64,000 bases of DNA from Eledone cirrhosa (Eukaryota), in assembly GCA_964016885.1 (NCBI GenBank), contig OZ024747.1, forward strand, positions 26,784,001-26,848,000. The letters run 5' to 3'. The stretch's first letter is position 1; every line of letters begins with the position of its first letter. The notes beneath the pieces were generated by a model. The model did not search any database. It worked only from the letters and a program-made list of their open reading frames with translations, and was not told where the DNA came from. Position numbers and translations under genes: made by a program. This document shows, one piece after another, positions 10,937-23,604 of the stretch.

Positions 10937-13900
10937 TGGGGCATGTGAAATATATCAGGTGGATCACAGGAGGTGTTTTTTTCCAATTTTCTTTAGATGA
11001 GACTTACAGTGTTAAAAATGAAAGAATACATCAGATAATGTATATCTACCTTAGTCACGGCTGAAATATCTTTGACCATGTGTTTGATGGACAAAATTAT
11101 TACCGATATCGTGTGGTGGAAATTTTTGGACAAATAGATTTATGGACATTTTGAGTTTCACTTGAAACATATGCATCTCGGTTCCTTTACACCACATTTT
11201 TTTCTCCTGTCTCCTGTAATATTTTAGGAATCATGCCTATATTTGTTTAGGATATATTAATATATATGCTTTGCCTTAGGTTTAATAAACCTCGTCCAAT
11301 CACGACCAGTGCAGGCTTCACAATGCTAGATATGTTAAGTATCTCAAAATACTAGCTTTTTGCTCTTTGGAAATTTAGCAAACACAAAATTGTGACCGTA
11401 TTTCTAATGAAAAATTTTGATGGATTCACTTAATGATTTCATTACGAAGATAGTATCTTAACATATGGTTCTAATATAAAATAATGTTGGAAGATTTAAA
11501 TTTAAATACTGATCTGGATTAAATTGCAACTAATTGTCTCCCTTTAGTATTAACGAACTGAACTGCTGCTCCTGGGTTACCAGACATCTCCCTTACTGCT
11601 AATTCAAGACAGGAAAATATTTCAGTCATCTTCATTATTTTTACTTCTTTTTTTCTTTGCTGGCATTGATTTTATGAGTCAGGTTCAGCACAACGTCTTG
11701 CTACATGTTGCAGTCCTTTATCAATCTTCTTGAGATTCAGTCTTCTCTAATCAGCTTTCACCACATCTTCCCTTCTCTTCCTTGGTATTCCTTTTGCTCT
11801 TTCTACTACTTGGATTGCTTGGCACTTTTTTTACTCAAGAGAAAGCTGAAAACCAAGCCCCGATGGACACCTTACATACATGATAGAGGACATGTCTTTA
11901 CTGTAAGCAGTAACTGCATCGTGTAATTGATATTGGCAGTATCGGTAGAGGGTTGGACATGCTTTCCAACATAGTTACCTCCCTTTACGATCTAAGTTCA
12001 AATCCCGCCGAGGTTAACTTTGCCTTTCATCCTTACGGGGTCGATAAAATAAAGTACCAGTAATGTACTGGGATAATTGCTGGTCTTGTGCCAAAACTAG
12101 AAACAATTATTATCTAGGGCATATTGGTAGATGGTCGGACGCCATGCTTTGGCCCTTGCCATTCTGAGTTCAAATCCCACCAAGGTTAACTTTGCCTTTC
12201 ATCCTTACGGGGTCGATAAAATAAAGTACCAGTAATGCACTGGGTAATTGCTGGCTTTGTGCCAAAAGTAGAAACAATTATCTAGTTTACTTTGTTGAAT
12301 TTAAATCATCTCATAAATGTTGCCTGGAGAGAGAAATGGTCTTCACCAATCTAGCATCTAGATAAACATTATATAGAAACCAGTTGTAGTTTTCAGATCA
12401 TATCTCTTGTGTTCCAATATCTTATCAATCTTACACAATATATTAGTTCCTTTTTTTTTTTTTTTTTTCAATAATTTTACCATATAAAGTATTTTGATAC
12501 CAAATCACCTGACAAAACTATTTTCTTTAAAATGTTTAGTTATCTAAAAATCTTCCATCATAATTTTTGAAAGATATGTTATAAACGCAAGCTTAATAAT
12601 GAGAAACCTATTATATTAAATCTCTCCATATTTTTCATTATTTGAAAAAATATAGGCAGTGTCTTTTAGAAATATTCTAACAAAAAGATTGACATGTTTA
12701 TATTTATACCTTCCATCATAGTTTTATGTAAGAACATTTATGTTTTAACCCTTTAACATTTACATTACTCTATGTATATTATTATATTTTCATGGTAAAT
12801 GCTTTACCTCACATAATTATCTTACATAATATTGAGTGTGTGAGATTTTGATATATATTTTGAGAACAGTACGAGCAGTATGAGCAGCCGGTTTGAACAG
12901 AAAGAGAGGAAAAAATTCTGGCCGGATATGGTTAGTTAAAATGCTAAAGGGTTAAACAGCAGCTTAATACTGAGAAAGTTAGTTATATTACTAAATCTCT
13001 CCACATTGTTGATTGTTTCAAAATTGTTTGAAAACCATAGGCAGTGAGTTTCATTAGAAATATAGTAAAGTTAAGTTAAATTTTTTGTTTTTTTACCATC
13101 TCTGCTGACAGGATGATATGTCAAGTACAACTAGCGCCACCATAGATGATACAATGAGAAGTGAGACGCCACCCCAGAACAGTACACGCCGTTATGGCCG
13201 TGGAAAGAATCGTTTTCGAAAATCAAAACTTCAGTATAAACTTGTAAATTATTTAAAAGTAAGTGTGAATTTTCTCTTTTTCAGTGGCTCCATTTTGACA
13301 TTTCGGTTGCTTGACTTACAGATTTCTGTCTTGATGTCAGTTTTTTAGGCTATGTTTGAATTCTTGTTTTATTGTAAATTTGAACTGTTGCCTATCATTG
13401 GATATTAAAAAAAAAAAAAAGAGAATACAAGCTTGGATTATATGACTTGGTATTTATCTAGCTCTCTCTGCAGGTTCAAATCCTGCCAAGGATTTTTCAG
13501 TTGATAAATAAGGCACCAGTCTTGGAGTGAGGTGGTAGAGGTTGTAACAGAATTGTTAAAGAGTTAGTTGGAATGCTTTGTGCTATATGTTCCAGCTCTG
13601 TGCATTCTCAGTTCAGATCCCAGAAAAGCAGTGACACATCTACCAGGAGTTGCAACCAGCAGATAGTATCATCAATGGAAAGACTAATTGAAATATAGTT
13701 TCCTTGGTTTTATCTGTTGATAAATTCCCTTTCTATTCTTTTTTTTTTTTCCCAAGTTTGGAATATAAACAAAAGAGGTGATGTTTTGGGAGAAGTAGAA
13801 GAATATGCCTTACATGTTAGTCTCTACTTCTCCTTACATGACACCAATGTTCATATTCAATTCCATCTCATACCTACAAGATATGCCATTAAGACTTACT

Positions 13901-16900
13901 GTCCTGTACTACATGATACCATATTAGTAAGACATTCTTGCAAAGTACAAAATAGTATTATGACTGTATCTCCTTAAAAATTAGTCTTTAATACTACAAA
14001 TTTTCACAATAATTTGTCCTTACTATAATTGTTTCTACTTTTGGCACAAGGCCAGCAATTACCCAGTACATTACTGGTACTTTATTTTATCGACCCCGTA
14101 AGGATGAAAGGCAAAGTTACCCTATACTATGATTTGAAATCACAAACCTGTTTTTCAGTATTTTTCTGCTAAATTGTTTCAGGATGTTAAGAGTTAAAAT
14201 ACAGTAATTCTTTTCACTAAAATTCTTTCCACATTAAATCTGCTAAAAAAACAACCTTATGTATATTTTTCTAATGATTGTAAAAATAATTTCAGAGTTG
14301 TTTATCTAATGAATTGATTATGGCAGAATCCTTACATGAATTAATTATCAAATAAAATACTGTGCAACATTTAATTGTGGCTCTTTATGGTTCTGAGTTC
14401 AAATCTTATTGAGGTCAGCTTTACTTTTCATTCTTCCAGGATTGAAAAAATAAGTAGCCTAGTGTCAATGTTAAAAATTGTTATTGATTTTCTTTCTTTT
14501 TTGTTTATTCTTCCAGGAAGATCATGGCCAACCTATCTTTGGTGTACAAGTGAACTACAACCATAAAGAAGGAGAACCTATAATATTTGCTACAGTTGGT
14601 AGCAACAGGGTAGGGACTGGTAGATTATTATCTGTTCTTTAGTTTTTACTTTAAAGGTCGGTGACCTAATAATTAGAATATTGGATTCACAAGGTTGTGT
14701 GTTCGATTCCTGAATTGGGCAGTGGGTTGTGTCCTTGAGCAAGATATTTCTTATTACGTTGTTTTTTGTGATAGGACTGGGATCCCTATAATTAACCCTT
14801 TAGTATTTACATCACTATATTTACTATTGTATTTTTAAGGTAAAGGCTTTATCTCACGTAATTATCTCTCATAATATCGAATCTGAGATTTTGATATTAT
14901 TTATTTTGAGAACAATACCTTAACATCAGTATGAGAGACCGGTTATGGCCAGTTTAAACAGAAAGAGGTGAGAGAATTCTGGCCGAATATGGCTGGTTTA
15001 GATGCTAAAGGGTTAAAATACCCCAGAAACCTTTTATGAGATACAACCTTGTAAGAAGCCAGTTGTAGGTGTGAGCTGTAACAATGACATGATAGAATTG
15101 GAACCCTTATCAAAGCATCTGAGAAATCTACAAGACATAACTTTGTAGGAGGCTAACTAAATCTACATATATGTGAGCTGTAACAAATACATAATTGAAA
15201 TGAGACCCCTATCATTAAAACATCTAAGAAACTGCCTGTGAGACACAACCTAGTTCACAAAAGGATTAACATATTTATATTTATCTAAAAGCCCTCCATC
15301 ATAGTTTTATGTAAGAACATTTGTTTAAACACCAGCTTAATAATTAGAAAGTTAATTATATTACTAAATCTCTCCACATTCTTGATCATTTTCAAAATTG
15401 TCTGAAAATTATAGGTAGGGAGGACATCACTTCACTTTTCATTATAATATAGTAAAACAAGTGTTACCCCCCTGAAACAAGACCCTTGCTACCTGGAAAA
15501 AGGGATGTTGATGATAATGATATGTATATTTATTTATTCACTTATATGTATATATTTATCCACAGGTTGCCATCTATGAATGTCATGAGAATGGCAAAAT
15601 CAAACTTCTGCAAGCTTATGCTGATCCTTCTGTATCCTTTTCATCTGAATCTATTTTAAAAGATTCTGTTTCACTACCCACTGAATTATTGAGATTTCTA
15701 GGACCAATTTTGTTATTATGACAAAGTGTGAAAGCTCAAGCAAAAGGTAGTGCAGTAGTGCACTAGACAGGATCTTCAATGGTATCAGGTTTAGTGTGTT
15801 ATTCTTCTACAATTCTACATTCAATCCCTGCCAGGACATCACTTCACTTTTCATCCTTGCATGATGGATAAACTGTGGCTTATGTACAAATGACAGTAAA
15901 ACTTGTAAACACTTATATATCATTACATATATATATGTGTGTGTGTGTGTATTGTTGCTATAATACCTATGCAGGTGTAGCTGGTCCCTTATGATATTTC
16001 ATCTCATAGGGAATTTCTCGGGTGTTTTAATAATGATAGGGGCCTCAGTTCTATCATTAAAAGACCTTCCAGATGCCAATCGATGGTAGCGATTTCTTTT
16101 TTCAGCTGATCTGACTGAAGCAGCCTGAAATGATGTGTGTCAGATAGTCCAGGAATCAAACCTCATGTGTACAACACCATAACCACTAGTTCATACTATC
16201 ATATAAAATGGTAATTCAACTTCAAAATGTGATTCTGTTGCTAGTATTATTGCTGTTACTCTTATTGTCCTTAATTTATGCAAGACAGATGAAAACTTCT
16301 ACTGTTGTGCCTGGACATTTGATGATATGACAGGACAGCCATTATTGGCCACAGGTGGAATGAGAGGTATTATACGAATTATAAGTCCTGTCTCCATGCA
16401 ATGTATCAAGGTAAGCCAGTACTATAATTATTTTTTAGCATATATATATATATATATATTGGATAATCTGGAGTTTTAAACTCTTAACATCCTGTAATGA
16501 TTTATCAGAAAATATTTAAAAGCGAGTTTGTTAATTCAAATGTTTATCATATCTGTACAAGTGGACAGGTCATTGTGAAAATTTACAGTATTAGAGTAAA
16601 GGTTTTAATTTTTAATGTGATGTAGTCATAGTGCTGTTTTTGACTTTTTAAGGATGTTTTATTAATGCGGTTTTATACAATTTAGGATGTTGAGAATTAA
16701 TGTAGGTATACCTACAATTTTTAATCTGTAATATGAAATGTAAATATATATATATCAGAGAACAAGTACTCTCATTTTTCTTATGAATTTCCAAGTAGAA
16801 TTGAAACTAGTTAAAGTAATCCCTATAGTTTACTGTCCATGGGGGAAAATATGTTTACATTTGTTTGCATTCATTAGTAAAACTTATAATTTAAAAATTG

Positions 16901-19900
16901 TATGTATACTTACATAAAAATATTTCAGATTATATTATAATTATATTTTTTACACAATAGTCAAAATGCTCTGTCAAAATGCATGGCCTAGTGGTTAGGG
17001 TGTTACTCATCATAGTGTTGTGGGTTTGATTCCTAGACTTAATGGTGCATTGTGTTTTTGAGCAAGTCGTTTCATTTCACATAGATTTTCTTGATAGGAC
17101 TGGGGCCTATATCATTAAAACAGCCAAAATACATCCTATAAGATGCAATTTGTATGTTGGCTTACATAGATATAAGCTGTAAATTTCATTTCATTTTCTT
17201 CATATATTCCGCAACTGATTGTGGACTCAGTATAGCTGAATGGTTAAGAAGTTTGCTTCACAATCATAAGGTCCCAGGTTTGATCCCACTGTGGGATCTT
17301 GAGCAAATGTCATTTACTATAGCTCTGGGTCAACCCAAGCCTTGTAAGTGATATTGGGTAGATAAACTGTTTGGAAGCCTGTTGGATGGACTGTACCTGT
17401 AATTGAAAAGGCCATGGTCATGCTGAATTACTTTGAGAATTATGTAATGAGTACATGTGTCTGGGGAATGCTTAGCCACTTGCATGTTAATTTCATGAGC
17501 AGGCTGTTGTGTTGATTGAAAAACTTATTCTCAAAACTGATGCAGATCCATTATATTTCATTCTTCTATAACGGTGGATTGGAAGTATCGGTAGAGGGTC
17601 GGATGCCATGCTTTCCAGCATAGTTACGTCCCTTTACGATCTGAGTTCAAATCCCGCCAAGGTTGATTTTGCCTTTCATCCTTACGGGGTCGATAAAATA
17701 AAGTACCAGTAATGCACTGGGTAATTGCTGTCCTTGTGCCTAAAGTAGAAACAATTATATTTCATTCTTCTATTGATTGCATTAGATAATTTCTTTCTTC
17801 TTTTAGTTTCCTTTAAGATCCTATTATTTCCAGATGACAAGAGTTCAATTCCTTACCTCTTTGTTTTCTTGCAGAATTTTATTGGCCACGGTAATGCTGT
17901 CAATGAACTCCGATTTCACCCTAAAGATCCTAACATGATGTTATCTGTGAGTAAAGGTAAGCATCTCTGTTATGCTGTGGATTAAGATTGATCTATAAAT
18001 TATACTCTTTGATCACTTCAATAATGTTGTTCTATGAATTTACTGTTGATGAGTAACTTTATTCAGCTTTGCTTAAACTTTTTGCTACCATATTGCCAAT
18101 GAAGCACATTGTCTATGGTTAATGTATAATTTTAAAAATTATAAAGAATATTGAAGGATTTAGTACTAGAATTAACTTTCTCATGATTAAGCTGGATTTT
18201 GGTATATAACATTGGTTCTTAAAACTATGATGGAAGGTTTTTAGATAAATATAAACATTTTAAAACAACAGCTTTGTATCAGGGATGGTTTGGTATCATA
18301 AGGATGCTATGGAGATAAACAATCAAATACTTTGAAAATCTTGTTAGTAAGAAATGTCTGTGGACCAAATGTTGTAGTTTACTTGTTAAAGCTGAAAAAT
18401 GGAATAAATTTATTAATGTGCAATTAGTTAAGCATTCCATAAACACATATATCCTTAACAATTCTCTGGGAGATTCAGCATGACACAATATGTGACAAGT
18501 TTGGCTCTCTGAATTACAGGTACGGGCATACACATACACATATATGACAGGCTTCCACACAGTTTCCACCTACTAAATTTCACTCACAAGGCATTGATCA
18601 ACCTAAGGCTTTAATAGAAGATATTTGCCTAGGGTGCTGCACAGTGGGACTGAACCCAGGACCATTTGGTTGCAAAGTGAATTCCTTAACTACACAGCCA
18701 TGCTTGCATCTATGTTTAGTCTATCAGACCTTCCTGGTAGGGAAAATAACTTCTGGTTAACTAACAAAGGTAAGGAAATCTGTTCCATATGCAGTCAATG
18801 TCACAGAATCTAAATCAATGAAGTTCCTGTAACTAATGCAGCCAGTTGTTGGAGTGACACTCTAGAGTGCTGGGTGGTGTTCACCTCTCCAAACATCCAG
18901 TCAGTCACTGAGTTTAGCCTGCTAACAGAAACAGTTATTGGAATGTGGCTGAAAAATGTCCTGGAGCCAAAATGTGAGAGTCATGTGAGAACCAGCGTAG
19001 ATATCCATCCTTAAGGATGCCACTACCACACAAGAAAGTATTCTCCCTATTCAAAAGCCCCAGTTTTGAGATGTGTTTTTAAAGCCTAGATGATGGTAAT
19101 ATTAGTTAACACTAGTTGGATCTTGAGCTAATATCTGGTCCATAATTAGAATCATAACTGGCTGACAATATCTGCATCACACATCTTTGATTGCTGTGAT
19201 GGTGCAGCCTCTGTTAGTGATTCTGTGGATCAGTTGGTTGAACCTATCCTGGGTATACACTGACACAAGTGAAAGTATTAACTTCAGTTTTAGTCTGGTT
19301 ATTCATTGAATGTGTTATATATAAAACACTTTCCTCTTTCTATAATATTTTCTATAGTTTGTCATTATGTCTTTATTTTATTATCTTTTGATATGCTAAT
19401 CAATATAAATCCTTTTTATCTCTTATCAGATCATGCTCTACGAATATGGAATATCAAGACAGATATATGTGTAGCAATTTTTGGTGGGGTTGATGGTCAT
19501 CGGGATGAAGTTCTCAGTGCAGTGAGTTTATTATTATTATTATTATCCATCTGAGGTTAGCTTTGCCTTTCATCCTTACGGGGCCAATAAATAAAGCACC
19601 AGTAATGCATTGGGGTCGATTTAATCGATTTTTCCTTCCCCCAAAATTGCTGGCCTTGTGCCTATAGTAGAAACAATTAGTATTATTATTACTATTGTCA
19701 AATAAGGACATACTCATTCATTCACCCCTTATTGTTTTTTTCCTTTCTTTGTATCCTTCAGGACTTCAACATTGATGGCAGTTTTATTGTGTCTTGTGGT
19801 ATGGACCATTCCTTGAAAATCTGGAGTATAAAGACAGAAGCTATCATGAAAGCTATGAAAGATTCTTACATATACAACAGTACCAAAAACAATAGGTAGC

Positions 19901-21496
19901 AATGATTTAATTCTTCCTCCAATAATCTATATCTTGATTGTGCCAATCTAAATTTTCAGCTGTCGTTCCCAACCTTTTCTCTACCAAGGACCTCTTTTAT
20001 TTAAATGAATGTTCCCATAGAGCTCCTGCTATGATTACTGTATGTACTCAACTATATGCGTATCCATTTTATGTCTGAGAAATGGGCAAAAATTGAAACC
20101 TTGTTTATGAGCTGAGACAGCTAATCAACACATGTTTAGATGGTGAGGTTTTGAAATTCTCATGAGTATAACATATATTTATGAAGTTTTAATAATTTGA
20201 TGTTTTATGTGTCATTTAGAATATAGTTTTATCTTCACAACTCCATTACATAATGCTTTTTTACCAGTTTCAACAAGCTTCTCAAATGTTTGTTTACTTC
20301 CAGCCACTCGCATGCTGGGAGTTAAAAGCAAGAGATTGAATAAGAGAATTTTGTATAGGATCATAGAAGAGAAGAGGGAGGGGAGATAGCAAGTGAGGCA
20401 AAATGAGAAAAAGAGAGGGAGGGGAGATAGCAAGTGAGGCAAAATGAGAAAAAGAGAGGGAAAGACTAGGAGAAGGGCGAGAGAGAGAGAGAGAGAGGGA
20501 AAGACTAGGAGAAGGGCGAGAGAGAGAGCAATAAAACACCTGTCAGATATAACATTTCAATTTTATGTAAGATTGAAAGAAAAAGTATTAAGTCAAAGAA
20601 AGATGTGTGTATGTACATGTATGGGTGCATGCATGTATGAGATAGTTATGTATTAAAAAGTTCTAATTATAAAAAATTGATGGAAATATCTCAAAGGAAT
20701 GCATAAATAACATTAATAATGATATAGTAAAAAAGAAACTGTTTCATTGAAAATAATTACTTGAGATATTTTTGCACCTTATTTATGTAGAATTTGATTT
20801 TTTGGGTCATATATTTCTTGGCTTGTATACGAGTATATACACTACTTACCTCCCTGATTGTTACGAAGTGTGAATAAAAATCATATTTATATATATGAGT
20901 ATTTGTGTATATGTGAGTAAAACATTGCCTCAGAAAGGATCCCATTGATCAAGTGAAAGTCTATAGCAATATTTCCCATCTCTCTGTTTTACAGACCATT
21001 CCCAACTGTATCAAACCATTACCCAGACTTTTCTACCCGTGACATCCACAGAAACTATGTCGATTGTGTTCGTTGGCTTGGCCGCTTTATTTTATCAAAG
21101 GTAATGTATCTATCTATATCTAGGATTTCACATTGCTCCAGCACACTTAGCTGAGAGTGAGTACCAGCAGTAACTGGAAGTTAACCCTACGATAGACTGG
21201 CATCCTGTGTGGGTGTCTTGTACTTTCAGTTTCTTAATGTGAAGGAAACCGTGGCTAAGTATGTATGTGTGTGTGTGTGTGTATATATATTATATATTAA
21301 TGATAATAATAGTGAGTAAAATCGAAATTGTAGCTGCGAAATGAATCTTCTAAGGCTGGTTCAAAGCACTCAATGAGGTAATATTGATAACTTATAGCTC
21401 AGAGTAATAACAATACGTTAGGGATGTGACAGTGAAAATTGTAACCAGAGACATGTTGCCACAAAAGCCACTACAACAATGAAAATACAAACAGGT

Positions 21497-21530
<34 letters not shown>

Positions 21531-22968
21531 ATATCTTATACATATCACTGATGGGTCGATATATAAAATCTCAAGCAACTTAAACTTTAATTGTGTATTT
21601 TGTCTTTTGCATATATATATATATATAAATGAAAGGTATAGAAAACACTGCAGCGAAAAGCGAACAGCATTCCATAGTATATAAGTGACTATAGCGTCAA
21701 AATGGGAAAAATAGTTAACGTAAGATGTGGGAAAAATAATTTAAACTCATCTTAAAGAGAATCAGGATATAAATTGATCCACAGAATTTAGTGAAATCCA
21801 GGGAAAAATCAATAGAGCCTTAACTCATGATAAAATAAAGTTCAAGATACCTATCCTTCAATTTGGAAAAACTTCAAATGCTCTGTATAGTCGTAAGACT
21901 ATTTCATGAAAACTTTCAGCGGAGATGGTCACGGTTGGAATTCATCATCAGCAGAGCTCAACTCGATAACCAGGATTCTCGCAGATTAATATGTGTGTGT
22001 ATATATATATATATATACACACACACATATATATATCATTATCATCATCATTTAACATCTGCTTTCCCTGCTAACAAGAGTTGGATTGGTTTTTACAGAC
22101 CGATTCAGTGCTGTAATGGAGATACTGATCTTCCAGGCAGGCTGGGGGCCTACTTCTCACATATGTTGAGTCTGTGAAGACCTATCCAACGCTTGCTAGC
22201 AGGGAAGGTGAACGTTACATGATAATGATGGTTGTTTCTCTGCCAAAATGAAGTGTCCTTCATCCACAGGCAACTACATTCACTGACTTCTTAATTTTGT
22301 ATATAATTACCATATATTACATATTACAGTCATGTGAAAACTGCATTGTATGTTGGAAACCTGGTCACCTGAATCAAACTGATCTCAAGCATTCAGATTC
22401 CACAACAACTATCTTGCACAGATTTGAATACCGTGAGTGTGATATCTGGTACATGAGGTTCTCCATGGATTATTGGCAAAAGGTTAGTGGAAACATTTTT
22501 TACTACTTATAACACTATATTGTATCTTCTACTTATTTTACTCATTAGACTGTAACCATGTTGAGGCACTACTTTGAAGGGATTTAATCAATCATATTGA
22601 CCTGTGTTTATTTTTTTATGTCTGATTATTTTATTGATCTCTCTTTTCCCAATTTCTAAGTTATGGAACATAAACACTGATGCACACACACACACACACA
22701 TCATCATCATCATCGTCGTCGTTTTTATGTCAACTTTCCCATGCTGGCTTGGACAGGACTTTTCAAGGCAATATTTTACAGCCAGTACTTTTCCTGACAT
22801 CAACTCTTTGAGTTGCTTTTGATGACAAACCGATATAATGTATCTTTTCTAAACTGGATACACACACAAATATATATATATATACATATATACATATATA
22901 AGAAAATGAGGTTTTTTTTTTAATGAAAAAAACGAGATGTCCTACACTAGTGAAAGTATAAAGAAAAG

Positions 22969-23050
<82 letters not shown>

Positions 23051-23153
23051 TTTACACTTGAATTATTATGGTTCTGGACAATGTCTATTGAGCTGGTTTA
23101 TTGAGAAGCTCAAAAATCAAACATATTTGATGTTTTGATTCCTCACATTGCAC

Positions 23154-23216
<63 letters not shown>

Positions 23217-23570
23217 AAAGTGTTACTATTTTAGTAAATCCTTCCAAGTTCCTCATTACTTTATGGAAATAGAGTATATTTTGTTAGAAATAAGGTAACA
23301 AAAGGGTTAATTTTGCTGAGGGTTGATTTGAAGCTGACTTTTACCTTTCTAATTTCTAACTTGTCACTTGTAATGTTTTGTTGCCTTTTCTTTCTGTTTC
23401 TATAGGTTATGGCACTTGGTAATCAAGTTGGTCGGCTGTTTGTGTGGGATATGGATGTTGATGATCCTACAATGTCCAGGTAGGTGCTTTCCTGTCTAAA
23501 CATTTTGGGGGTACTTTTTTGTAAACTGCAAAAGAAAAGGTTTTATTTTTATATATACATATAAACACAA

Positions 23571-23604
<34 letters not shown>

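Noticed and set aside
19751-19758. Second GTATCCTT U12-like donor
   Set aside because: It lies in the polypyrimidine tract just before exon 8; the frame and protein are complete without it.
20370-20530. Duplicated ~40-bp and ~36-bp GA-rich units resembling a spaced array
   Set aside because: Simple tandem duplications with no unique spacers, in a eukaryotic intron; not CRISPR.
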